A stretch of 64,000 nucleotides of DNA from NCBI GenBank assembly GCA_030679895.1, contig JAUXSN010000026.1, positions 24,661-88,660 on the forward strand. The letters run 5' to 3'. Shown here piece by piece: positions 52,888 to 62,032 of the stretch. The stretch is from Candidatus Moraniibacteriota bacterium. GTDB taxonomy: Bacteria; Patescibacteriota; Minisyncoccia; Moranbacterales; UBA11712. The notes beneath the pieces were generated by a model that saw only the letters and a program-made list of their open reading frames with translations, had not been told where the DNA came from and ran no database searches. Each line of letters starts with the position of its first letter. Position 1 is the first letter of the stretch. Position numbers and translations under genes: made by a program.

Positions 52888-54690
52888 ATGCTCGAAAAAT
52901 ACAAAAATTTTATCGTCGCGGGAATTTTGGGAATTGTTTTCGCTATTTCTTTCGGAACCATGCTGGGAGACGCCGCCATTATGGATGAAGTGGCCCATAT
53001 CCCTTCCGGGTATTCCTATGTCCGCTATCATGATTTTCGGCTTAATCCCGAACATCCGCCGCTCCTCAAGGATATGGCCGGCATTCCCTTGCAATTCCTG
53101 AATGTTGATTTTCCGATTCAGAATAAATTTTGGACCACGGATGCCAACGGCCAATGGGAAGCCGGATGGGAATTTTTATATCTGCCGCAAAACAACACGG
53201 AAAATATTCTTTTTTGGTCCCGTCTTCCCATCTTGCTCTTATCTTTGCTTTTGGGATTCATGATTTATCGCTGGGCAAAGGAACTTTTCGGAACAAAAGC
53301 GGGTCTTTTGGCTCTTTCCCTTTACGCCTTCGATACCAACATATTGGGCCATAATCATTATGTCACTACCGATTTGGGTATCGCCGCTTTTATGTTTTTC
53401 GCTTTCTATTATTTCATCAAGTACCTCAAGACGCCGAGCTGTAAAACCATTATTCTCGCCGGAATTTTTATGGGTCTGGCGCAACTGGCCAAATTTTCTT
53501 CGGTTTTGATGTTTCCCGTCTTCGGCATCGCGCTATTGCTTTATATATTTTTTAGAAAAGACAAGCTTCCCTTCTCTTTTCTCGGATCAGGGAAAATCAA
53601 AAAATTCCGGGTTCAAAAGTTCTATTTTTATGCCACGACATTTATCGCGGCGCTTCTCATTCACATGGTCTTGATTGGCATTGTTTACGAACTCAATATT
53701 TACGCGATGCCTCCGGCGAAGATCCACCAGCTGGCGGATACGCAAATGTACGGGAAAATTGCCACTGCCGCGAAACCCATTATCCATAAAATGGCGGACA
53801 ATCCAATTCTGCGGCCATACAGCCAGTATTTGATCGGCCTTGTGATGGTTTTTGGCCGAGTGGCCGGAGGAAACACGACTTATTTCTTCGGACAAGTCAC
53901 GAATCAGAGCTTTAGGGAATATTTTCCCATGGTGTTTCTTATCAAAGAACCGATAGCCAACCTGCTCCTGATTCTTTTGGCGGCCGCGACCGGACTTTAT
54001 CTCGCCCTGAAACGCAATCTTTCCGAGTTTCCCCGCAAAATCTGGAACAATATCAAAGATTATCTTGATGGCCACATCGCGGAATTTTCGATGCTTTCTT
54101 TTATCGCGCTTTATGCTTATGTCAGCATCACAGGCAATCTTAATATCGGTTTCCGGCACCTTTTTCCAATCCTGCCCTTCATTTTTATCCTGGTCTCAAA
54201 GGAAGTCGCATTTTTGGGAAGCGCTCTCGGCAGAAAATATCAGAAATATTTTTGGGGGATAGTTTTGCTACTTGTGGCATGGCTCATCGCAGTAGCCGCT
54301 TTCGCCTATCCGAATTATCTGGCGTATTTCAATGAACTGGTCGGGGGATCAAAAAACGGCTACAAATACGTAACCGATTCCAATGTGGACTGGGGACAAG
54401 ATTTGAAACGCCTCGCAAAATGGGTAAACGAAAACAATATTGATAAGATCCGGGTTGATTATTTCGGCGGCGGCGATGTCGGACATTATCTCGGAAATAA
54501 GGCTGTTATCTGGCACGCCCATATGGGACAAGGGCCCGGCTGGTACGCCATTTCAGCCACTTTTCTTCAGAATTCGCTCTATGAAAAAATAACTGAAGGA
54601 AAACCGGATTATCAATGGCTCCGCGATCGCGAACCCTACGCGAATATCGGGGGATCGATATTGGTATATAAAGTAGAAAACGGAATTTAA
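52888..54690 (+). CDS. GT-C fold glycosyltransferase, ArnT/PMT_2 family
   Basis: IMDEVAHIPSGYSY DE motif; polytopic; 600 aa. Confidence 0.6.
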   Translation: MLEKYKNFIVAGILGIVFAISFGTMLGDAAIMDEVAHIPSGYSYVRYHDFRLNPEHPPLLKDMAGIPLQFLNVDFPIQNKFWTTDANGQWEAGWEFLYLPQNNTENILFWSRLPILLLSLLLGFMIYRWAKELFGTKAGLLALSLYAFDTNILGHNHYVTTDLGIAAFMFFAFYYFIKYLKTPSCKTIILAGIFMGLAQLAKFSSVLMFPVFGIALLLYIFFRKDKLPFSFLGSGKIKKFRVQKFYFYATTFIAALLIHMVLIGIVYELNIYAMPPAKIHQLADTQMYGKIATAAKPIIHKMADNPILRPYSQYLIGLVMVFGRVAGGNTTYFFGQVTNQSFREYFPMVFLIKEPIANLLLILLAAATGLYLALKRNLSEFPRKIWNNIKDYLDGHIAEFSMLSFIALYAYVSITGNLNIGFRHLFPILPFIFILVSKEVAFLGSALGRKYQKYFWGIVLLLVAWLIAVAAFAYPNYLAYFNELVGGSKNGYKYVTDSNVDWGQDLKRLAKWVNENNIDKIRVDYFGGGDVGHYLGNKAVIWHAHMGQGPGWYAISATFLQNSLYEKITEGKPDYQWLRDREPYANIGGSILVYKVENGI

Positions 54691-54695
54691 ACATT

Positions 54696-54725
54696 TGTCA
54701 TACCGCACTTGATGCGGGAATGACA
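54696..54725. mobile_element. Solo half-copy (single hairpin) of the GC-hairpin element, acting as a bidirectional terminator
   Basis: tgtcataccgcacttgatgcgggaatgaca. Confidence 0.6.
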
Positions 54726-54753
54726 AAAAAAGAAGTTAATTATTTTGACAAAG

Positions 54754-55638
54754 TCATTTTTCACTTTCAGTTTTGAGCTTATAATAGACTTTTCCCTTTA
54801 TCCTTAAGTCCAGATAATCAAGATTCTGCCTTTTTTCAGTGCCTAACTCTTTTTCAAAAAGAGTCTGGATTATTTTTTTGGTCTCTGCCGGAGATATTTG
54901 ATCGGAAAGTTTGAGCATCCAGCCTTCTTTGGTTTGAAAATAAACTTCACCGGAGGCGAGAGCCGGCGTGTGATAGGTTCCGTCCGGCTCCAGCTGCAGT
55001 TCTTCGCGCAAAACATAATTCAGTTCTTTGAGATAACTTATAAAGTCCTTGCTGATAACTGTTTTTTCAATCTCCACTTGGCGGGCATTGTCGTCGATAA
55101 CCGTCAAAAAGCCCGATTTTTTCAGTTCCTCGTCAGTGGCATTGGCCCCTGAATAAACCAGGCCGTCTTCATCGACCAAATAGCAAACGCCCGAACTGCA
55201 CCAAACCAGTTCCGCCTGCCTTTCGTCTATTTTGATCAGCATCGTTTTGGGAAATTTTTTTTGAATTTCTATTTTTCCGATCCGATTGAAATCATTTTTT
55301 AGCTTCCGGGACACCTCGTCATTTTTTCCCAGAAAAAAATTGTTTTTGGAAAAATATTTGAAATAATTTCCCTGCAGGGCTTCACTTGCCGATTTTTTTA
55401 TGTCCTCCGCGGATATGCTTTCGTTTCCCTCAACGCTTATCGCGTCAATCTGAAGAAACGGCGAAAGAAAAAATATATAAAAGCTAACACTCAAGAAAAC
55501 GATAAACAGAAGCCAATAAAAAAAACGAGCCAGCGTCAACGCTCTTTTTTCGGCTGTTCTTCCGGGCACGCCGGAATACATCCTGGGGTTGCTCCGTTTC
55601 CAGAATTTATTTTTTTCTTTTTTTTTAAATAGACTCAT
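54754..55638 (-). CDS. ftsQ: Cell division protein FtsQ/DivIB-like (TM plus POTRA)
   Basis: Basic N-terminus, single TM, POTRA-like LQIDAISVEGNESISAEDI; adjacent to a Mur-ligase-like gene. Confidence 0.55.
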   Translation of the reverse strand: MSLFKKKEKNKFWKRSNPRMYSGVPGRTAEKRALTLARFFYWLLFIVFLSVSFYIFFLSPFLQIDAISVEGNESISAEDIKKSASEALQGNYFKYFSKNNFFLGKNDEVSRKLKNDFNRIGKIEIQKKFPKTMLIKIDERQAELVWCSSGVCYLVDEDGLVYSGANATDEELKKSGFLTVIDDNARQVEIEKTVISKDFISYLKELNYVLREELQLEPDGTYHTPALASGEVYFQTKEGWMLKLSDQISPAETKKIIQTLFEKELGTEKRQNLDYLDLRIKGKVYYKLKTESEK

Positions 55639-55643
55639 GTTTT

Positions 55644-55691
55644 TCCTAAAGTTTAGCTTTAGGAAGCGTTCCTAAAGCTAAACTTTAGGAA
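55644..55691. promoter_or_regulatory. Twin palindromes TCCTAAAGtttagCTTTAGGA and TCCTAAAGctaaaCTTTAGGA directly upstream of the ftsQ-like start (the AGGA of the proximal arm sits at SD distance)
   Basis: Same TCCTAAAG-N5-CTTTAGGA x2 design as at 19130..19180. Confidence 0.65.
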
Positions 55692-55698
55692 ATAGACG

Positions 55699-56442
55699 CT
55701 ATAAAATACTTTTCACTACTTTTGCGATTATCCAGGCATAAACGAAATGCCGGCCGTATTTTTTTATGCGGACCGGCTCGCTTTTCCCCTGGAAACTGAA
55801 ATTGAAAGTCTGCCCTTCGGCATCAGTCTTGGAATCCGTCGCCCTTGCATCCGCGCCTTCCTCAAAACCATATGTAATCACCTTTCCTTTGGCGGAACCT
55901 TTGAGCTCCCTTACCCTTTCATCGTCGTTATTCAAGACAATATAACCACCCTCGGGTATTTCCGAAACAAGCTGCCTAAGTTCATTTTGGATTATTTCAA
56001 GGCTGGAATTGGAATAAGTATAGCTGCCCTCCACATTGGTGATTATGGCCACGTTCGGCCGGACCATTTCAAGAAGCTTTTTCATGTCGCCTTTTTCTTC
56101 GACTCCAAGCTCCAGCACAAGTTTTTCGGGAAACTTCCGTCCGAAAAGAGCCCGCATTTTGGCTTGCACAAGCACTTTAATCCATTTTGCGGCCGAAGAT
56201 TCGCCCGAATCCAAATAGAGAATCGCAAGCGGCAAACCAATTTCGGTGTTGTAGGATTTCGGATTTCCTCGCACTTCTTCTTCACCGTGTTTTTCGCGCA
56301 GAAATTTCAAAATATATTCTTTGACTGTCGTCTTTCCGGTACTTCCGGCAATAGCGACAATAAACGGTTTATGCCGCCATAAAACTAACTTCGTGAGGAG
56401 TTTTAGATAATATTGGATAAATGATTTGAGAAATTTTTTCAT
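55699..56442 (-). CDS. Truncated Mur-ligase-family protein (MurF-paralog central domain only, 247 aa); possible gene remnant
   Basis: IAGSTGKTTVKE...NTEIGLPLAIL is paralogous to murF (14406..15755) but the N- and C-terminal Mur domains are missing. Confidence 0.5.
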   Translation of the reverse strand: MKKFLKSFIQYYLKLLTKLVLWRHKPFIVAIAGSTGKTTVKEYILKFLREKHGEEEVRGNPKSYNTEIGLPLAILYLDSGESSAAKWIKVLVQAKMRALFGRKFPEKLVLELGVEEKGDMKKLLEMVRPNVAIITNVEGSYTYSNSSLEIIQNELRQLVSEIPEGGYIVLNNDDERVRELKGSAKGKVITYGFEEGADARATDSKTDAEGQTFNFSFQGKSEPVRIKKYGRHFVYAWIIAKVVKSIL

Positions 56443-56471
56443 GATAGTATTTCAAATAAAACTTTTTTATT

Positions 56472-56553
56472 TGTCATCCCGCACTTGATGCGGGATCCAG
56501 TTTCTATGCATAAAATTACATTTTCTGGATCCCCGCTTTCGCGGGGATGACAC
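56472..56553. mobile_element. GC-hairpin palindromic MITE-like element, full copy D
   Basis: tgtcatcccgcacttgatgcgggatccag - spacer - ctggatccccgctttcgcggggatgacac. Confidence 0.7.
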
Positions 56554-56588
56554 CTAGATGTCAGAAGCTTTTAATTTAAATTTACAAT

Positions 56589-57782
56589 TTAACTAAAATA
56601 TTTCTCCATCCGATCAAACGCCAAATTTATATCCTCTTCCGATCTTCCGAAGCACATCCGAATGTGATTTTCCCCGCTCGGGCCGAAAGCCGCTCCGGGA
56701 ACGGTGGCTACTCTGGCTTTCTCTAACAATTCTATCGCAAATTGCCATGATCCGCCATCGGTCGATATTTTTTTCAGATATTCATCTTTTATCCTCGGAA
56801 ATACGAAATAGGCGCTGTCCGGTTTTTGATAGGAAAACACTTTTGTAAGTTTATCGAGCCGCCGGCAAATCAAGTCCCGCCTCTTTTTGTATATTTGGTG
56901 ATATTTTGCAAGCTCCGAATCCGCCATCTCAAGCGCCGCGAGCGCCGCGTATTGCGAAACGACCGGCGCGCAAGTGACCAGAGCGTCATGAACGGCCAGA
57001 ATTTTTTTCGCGAGTTCCTGATGCGTGGCAAGATACGCTATCCGCCAGCCAGTCATCGCGTAGGCTTTGGAAAAGGAAAAAATGTATATCAAGCGATCCC
57101 GAATACCGCGCAGTTCGGCAAGAGAATATAACGGAAGGTTCGACCTCCCTGTGGAGGTTGAACCTCCATTATCCTCAAAAACAAAATCCTTATACACCTC
57201 GTCGGAAAAAATATAAAGATTATGCTTGATCGCCAGTTGCGCCAAAGCATGAAGCTGGTTTCGTGAAAATATCGTTCCGGTCGGATTGTTCGGATTGCAG
57301 AAAAGGAAAGCGCGCGTCCGCGGCGTAATGAGCTTTTCAAATTTATCGATATCAAACGCCCAGCCTTTTTCTTCGTCAAGCGGAACAAAAATCGGCGTTC
57401 CGCGAGCCACTTTTATCGCTGATTGATATGACGTATAAGTCGGATCCGGTATCAGCACTTCGTCTCCCGGCTCAAGAATGGCAAGAAGCGTGGCTGTGAT
57501 CGCTTCAATCGACCCGGCGGTAGCGATAATTTCCGTTTCAAAATCGAAGAATTTATTTTCTTTCTCCAAATAATGAGCAATAGTTTCCCGAAATTCCAAA
57601 ATTCCCGGCGAAAGGGAATATTTGGCGACTTTTCCCTGCTCAATCGCCTCAATCGCCCGCCGTTTGATCGGCTCGGGCGTATCAAAAGACGGCACACCTT
57701 GCGCAAGCGAAACAACTCCGGGAATGCGAGACGCCCGGAGTTCCATTTCCTTAATTGGGGATAAGTTTATTTTCTCACCCAT
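56589..57782 (-). CDS. PLP-dependent aminotransferase, class I/II (AspC-like)
   Basis: SFSKAYAMTGWRIAY lysine motif; 397 aa. Confidence 0.8.
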   Translation of the reverse strand: MGEKINLSPIKEMELRASRIPGVVSLAQGVPSFDTPEPIKRRAIEAIEQGKVAKYSLSPGILEFRETIAHYLEKENKFFDFETEIIATAGSIEAITATLLAILEPGDEVLIPDPTYTSYQSAIKVARGTPIFVPLDEEKGWAFDIDKFEKLITPRTRAFLFCNPNNPTGTIFSRNQLHALAQLAIKHNLYIFSDEVYKDFVFEDNGGSTSTGRSNLPLYSLAELRGIRDRLIYIFSFSKAYAMTGWRIAYLATHQELAKKILAVHDALVTCAPVVSQYAALAALEMADSELAKYHQIYKKRRDLICRRLDKLTKVFSYQKPDSAYFVFPRIKDEYLKKISTDGGSWQFAIELLEKARVATVPGAAFGPSGENHIRMCFGRSEEDINLAFDRMEKYFS

Positions 57783-57825
57783 AAACTGCTTTTTTCAGAA
57801 ACCAAATCTTTAGAAACAATTTATT

Positions 57826-58167
57826 TTACAAATTATACTTTTCAGTTTTGGCATTTTGCTCTTCATTTTTCTGATCCTCTACTGAATATCCTAGATCAGC
57901 TAGTCTTAGCGCGGCCGCAGCAGTGATTTCTTCTACAATATCTTCCCCGCTCTCATCGTTGATTAAGCTGTCATCTTTTAAGAGCTCACTATACTGATTA
58001 TACACACTGAAAAGCCAGCCGACATCGCTTGTATTCTGCACTCTCGGCAAAATTATTTTTGCTCTTCTAATCAATGATGAATCGTCAAACTTCCCGCCTC
58101 GTAAAACCTTCAGAGAAGGCCTGCGCTTTTCCGGGCTTAGTTTTTTTTGCAAATCCTCAATAGCCAT
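57826..58167 (-). CDS. Hypothetical protein (113 aa), translationally coupled to serS (TAATG overlap)
   Basis: Its start ATG overlaps the serS stop. Confidence 0.45.
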   Translation of the reverse strand: MAIEDLQKKLSPEKRRPSLKVLRGGKFDDSSLIRRAKIILPRVQNTSDVGWLFSVYNQYSELLKDDSLINDESGEDIVEEITAAAALRLADLGYSVEDQKNEEQNAKTEKYNL

Positions 58168-59501
58168 TAATTTATTTCTTTATTAATAATTTTCAAGTTC
58201 CCCGGCATCCATTTTCGCAAAACTTCCGGAATCACAACACTGCCATCGGATTGCTGTCCGTTTTCGAGAATAGCTATTAGCGTCCGACCGATAGCAAAGG
58301 CTGTCGCGTCGTTCATATGCACGAATTCAGTCTTTCCGTCTTTTCTTTTTACTTTCGTATTCAAACGACGGGATTGATAATCATTCATGAGATCGGACGT
58401 ATTTGTTTCGCGATATCTATTTTGTCCCGGCATCCATGTTTCAATGTCAATTTGCCGATAATCCGGACCGCCCATATCGCCCGTGCAGATTGCAACAACT
58501 TGATAAGATAATTTCAAGGACTGCATCAGATATTCCTGGATCGCAACAATAAAATCCTGTTCTTTCAAAGAATTTTCCGGAAGAGAAAATGATTCCATCT
58601 CTAGCTTGTCGAATTGATGAACCCGTAAAATTCCTTTTGTGTCTTTTCCATACGATCCCGCCTCTCGCCTGAAGGCTGTTGAAAAACCAATAAACCTCAA
58701 AGGCATATCCGCTTCTTTCAAAGTCTCATCCATATACATGGCTCCCAAAGTATGTTCAGCGCTACCAACCAAATATAAATCGTCAGCCGGAGTATGATAT
58801 CTTTCTTCGCGCGGTTCGAGTCTCGCCATTCTTTGCATTGACTCGGGCTTGATCAGCACCGGAGGAACAACCGGAATAAACGGCCGATCACTGACATCCA
58901 GATTATTTTCTTTGATAATCTCTTTTAATGTATTTTCATTGGTCAAAACGGAAAGAGCATGTTGAATAAGAGCAAACTCCAAAAGCACTGCTTCGCCTTT
59001 CAAATAACTGAACCTGCTCCCACTAACCTTTACAGCTCGTTCGATGTCGATGATATCCAAATTTTTGCCAAGTTCCCAATGCTCTTTGGGCTGAAAGTCG
59101 AACTTTGGAATTTCTCCCCACTTTCGAATTACTTTATTCCCTGCTTCATCCGGACCAATCGGCGTATCAGGAGAAATAACATTTGGTACGATATAAAGAA
59201 TTTCTTTATATTCTTTTTCTATTTTATCAAATTCAGGATCAAGTTTATCCAGATCTTTTTTAATCTTCTTTCCTTCTGCAATTATTTTATCCTTATCTCC
59301 CGCATTTTTCATTTCGTCGTTCAAGTTATTTTTTTTCTCTTTCAGTTCCCCAATTTCAACAATTAGTTTTCTTCTCTTCTCGTCCAATTCCAAAAGCCGG
59401 TCCACGTCGCATTTGATATTGCGGAGTTCGCAATTTTTCTTCACGGTTTCCTTGTTTTCGCGGATGTATTTGATATCGAGCATATTATTTAGAAGAAACA
59501 T
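58167..59501 (-). CDS. serS: Seryl-tRNA synthetase
   Basis: N-terminal coiled-coil arm plus class II motifs; 444 aa. Confidence 0.9.
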   Translation of the reverse strand: MFLLNNMLDIKYIRENKETVKKNCELRNIKCDVDRLLELDEKRRKLIVEIGELKEKKNNLNDEMKNAGDKDKIIAEGKKIKKDLDKLDPEFDKIEKEYKEILYIVPNVISPDTPIGPDEAGNKVIRKWGEIPKFDFQPKEHWELGKNLDIIDIERAVKVSGSRFSYLKGEAVLLEFALIQHALSVLTNENTLKEIIKENNLDVSDRPFIPVVPPVLIKPESMQRMARLEPREERYHTPADDLYLVGSAEHTLGAMYMDETLKEADMPLRFIGFSTAFRREAGSYGKDTKGILRVHQFDKLEMESFSLPENSLKEQDFIVAIQEYLMQSLKLSYQVVAICTGDMGGPDYRQIDIETWMPGQNRYRETNTSDLMNDYQSRRLNTKVKRKDGKTEFVHMNDATAFAIGRTLIAILENGQQSDGSVVIPEVLRKWMPGNLKIINKEIN

Positions 59502-59745
59502 TAATATCTTTTGTCATAAAATCGATAACAAAATTTGATTTCCCCAGCTCCTCCTGAACTAATTTTATAGTGCCAGATAATTTTTCTAAATCATCTTGGG
59601 ACAAATCTTTATTTTCGAGGAGAAATTCAATTTTTTCTAAATTGCTTTTCAATAAGTCAATTCTTTCATGAATATCTTGAAGTCTCACTCCTTCGTTGGT
59701 TGGACCATTATTATCAATTTGGGATCCGGTTTCTTTCTTATTCAT
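59485..59745 (-). CDS. Hypothetical small coiled-coil protein (86 aa) overlapping the serS start by 17 nt
   Basis: ORF only. Confidence 0.3.
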   Translation of the reverse strand: MNKKETGSQIDNNGPTNEGVRLQDIHERIDLLKSNLEKIEFLLENKDLSQDDLEKLSGTIKLVQEELGKSNFVIDFMTKDINVSSK

Positions 59746-59807
59746 ATTAAATTATAACAATTATTATTTTTTTCATAAAGAGAAACTGTATTTTTTACTG
59801 CGCCGGT

Positions 59808-61394
59808 TTATCTTATCACGTTTTCCAGTCTCTTTTCCAGAAAATTTCGGTCGAGGACGCTCAAAAACCAGCCAACTTTGGGACCACGGTCCTTGCCCAA
59901 AAAGCTGATGTATATAGCAGAAAAGAGCTCCTTTGGCTCAATGGCCATTTCTTTTTTTATGTCGTGGACTGTCGTGTGGAGAATTTGGCCATCAAGTTTT
60001 TTTTGCGTCTTGATATATTCCAGAATTTTCGCGAGACCTTCTTTTTGCCGCGCGGAAAAAGTTTTGGCCGCTTCCGGAACTTTGCCTTCCTGAAGTTCAT
60101 ATTTGAAGTCCTCCGGAGCAAATTTTTCGAGCCACCTTTTCGCATATCCGGCGCGATATTCAATTTCTTTCCTGTCCTCGTCCGTGAGCGATGATTCTTT
60201 CAGTTTTTCCACCGCCTCGAAATTGTCCATATGCGGCATTTGCACGATAAAAGCCATTTGGGAAAATCTTGGCAAAAATCTTTCCACTGTTTTTTCTTCG
60301 CGGTTTTTGTGCATCAGCTTGAAAATTCGGGGATAATCACCGTCTTCTGCCGCAAAATATGCCTCGGCCATCTTGTCATAGGTGTCATAAAGAACCGGAA
60401 TGGTGTCCCCGTCCGGAATAAAATCTATCACCCTTTTCGGGTCTTTTCCAAGCAGAAGCAGTCGCAAAAGCTCCGGAGGGAGAGTGTCGGCGATCTCCCG
60501 CGAAGACGTACCAGCGCCTTTAGAAGACGACATTTTCTTTCCGCTCACGTTGAAAAACTCATAGGGAATATTGAAAGGCGGAAGACAATCGAACACTTCC
60601 CGGCAGATCGCGTCCGCAATGCTGCGCGAACCTCCTTTTGTGGAATGGTCTTTTCCTGCCCCTTCAATATCAACTCCGAGAACCTTGAATTTGGCCGCCC
60701 ATTCCACTTTCCAGGGAAGCTTGGCGTTTCCGTCAAAAGGCGAATTTTTCCCTTTATATCCGCAGCCACGAGTCCAAGAAACCGCGTCTTCGGCACATTC
60801 ATACTCAACTTCCTTGTCATCAAAACTAAAAGCTCGGGTGGTGCTTATTTTACCGCATTTTTCACAAATCATTTGCACCGGCAGCCACTGGTCTTCTTTT
60901 TGCGATCCGGAAACTTTTTTATAAATATCCCTTATCTTGTCGGAGTTTTCAATGGCAATCCTGATAACTTCGTTATATTTCCCTTTTTTGTATAAATCGC
61001 TCGCGCGATAAAATTCCGGTTCGAAGCCCAATTCCCGGATAACCCCGATGTATTCTTCTCTAAAGTACTCGGCGTAATTTTTCGCCTTGCCGTCGGGACT
61101 GGGAATATTGCACAGCGGCACTCCCATAAAAGGCTCGAATTTTTCCTTTTCGAGATAAACCGGCAAGCCGTCCATGGGATCGAAATCATTTATCTCATAG
61201 AGAAATTTATTTTTCACGCCATTTTCACTGAGTATTTCTGAAATTATGCCGTGTATGGCTACTCCGCGAAGAGACCCAACATGCACCCGACCGGAAGCTG
61301 TTTTTTCATCGCGAATAATAAGCGGCTGGCCGCTTTCAACTTTTTCCCTGTATTCTTTTTTGATTTGCTCGACAAGCTTGTCCGCCCAAAACAT
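59808..61394 (-). CDS. lysK: Lysyl-tRNA synthetase, class I (archaeal/LysK type)
   Basis: Class I HIGH-type motif (HVGS) near the N-terminus and KMSKS-type GKKMSSSKG; 528 aa. Confidence 0.8.
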   Translation of the reverse strand: MFWADKLVEQIKKEYREKVESGQPLIIRDEKTASGRVHVGSLRGVAIHGIISEILSENGVKNKFLYEINDFDPMDGLPVYLEKEKFEPFMGVPLCNIPSPDGKAKNYAEYFREEYIGVIRELGFEPEFYRASDLYKKGKYNEVIRIAIENSDKIRDIYKKVSGSQKEDQWLPVQMICEKCGKISTTRAFSFDDKEVEYECAEDAVSWTRGCGYKGKNSPFDGNAKLPWKVEWAAKFKVLGVDIEGAGKDHSTKGGSRSIADAICREVFDCLPPFNIPYEFFNVSGKKMSSSKGAGTSSREIADTLPPELLRLLLLGKDPKRVIDFIPDGDTIPVLYDTYDKMAEAYFAAEDGDYPRIFKLMHKNREEKTVERFLPRFSQMAFIVQMPHMDNFEAVEKLKESSLTDEDRKEIEYRAGYAKRWLEKFAPEDFKYELQEGKVPEAAKTFSARQKEGLAKILEYIKTQKKLDGQILHTTVHDIKKEMAIEPKELFSAIYISFLGKDRGPKVGWFLSVLDRNFLEKRLENVIR

Positions 61395-61444
61395 AAGAAT
61401 ATTAAATTAAGGGTATTTGATTTAATAATATTAGCCGTTTTCCC

Positions 61445-61487
61445 GCAAAAAAACAACCCCGCCTTTCGTGAAGGGCGGGGTTGCTTG
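61445..61487 (-). terminator. Rho-independent terminator of greA
   Basis: caaccccgccctttcgtgaagggcggggttg with a U-run on the minus strand. Confidence 0.65.
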
Positions 61488-61500
61488 AATATCCCATAAA

Positions 61501-61956
61501 TCACTTCACTTCCAAAATCGTGTATTCTTTTTCCCCGCCGGGAGTCTGGACTGTTATCTTGTCACCGGCCTTTTTTCCCATCAGCGATTTTCCCATCGGC
61601 GATTCATTGGAAATTTTTCCGCCCAAGGGATCGGCTTCGTTCGACCCGACAATAGCAAAAATTTGCTCTTCGCCGTTGAGCTTTATTCTGACTTTCGAAC
61701 CCATTTGAACAATTCCGCTTCCCTCCACAAAGCTTGCCACTTGGGAAGTGCGGATCTGGTTTTCAAGCTCCATTATGCGCCTTTCGTTGTCCGCTTGCTG
61801 CCTTTTGGCTTCGGTATATTCGGCATTTTCAGACAAATCCCCTTGTTCTTTGGCTTCCTTGATGATGAGCGCGATCTTTTGGCGCATTTCTCTTTTTCGC
61901 ATTTCAAGTTCTTCTTCCAGTTTTTTTCGGCCTTCGGGAGTGAGATATTTTGTCAT
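61501..61956 (-). CDS. greA: Transcription elongation factor GreA
   Basis: LTPEGRKKLEEELE...GDLSENAEY; 151 aa. Confidence 0.9.
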   Translation of the reverse strand: MTKYLTPEGRKKLEEELEMRKREMRQKIALIIKEAKEQGDLSENAEYTEAKRQQADNERRIMELENQIRTSQVASFVEGSGIVQMGSKVRIKLNGEEQIFAIVGSNEADPLGGKISNESPMGKSLMGKKAGDKITVQTPGGEKEYTILEVK

Positions 61957-62032
61957 ATAAGTTTTTCTCTAAATAATAACAGCGACAAAACAAATGATAA
62001 TCGAAAACAAAAAACCTGTCAATTATAAAAAG

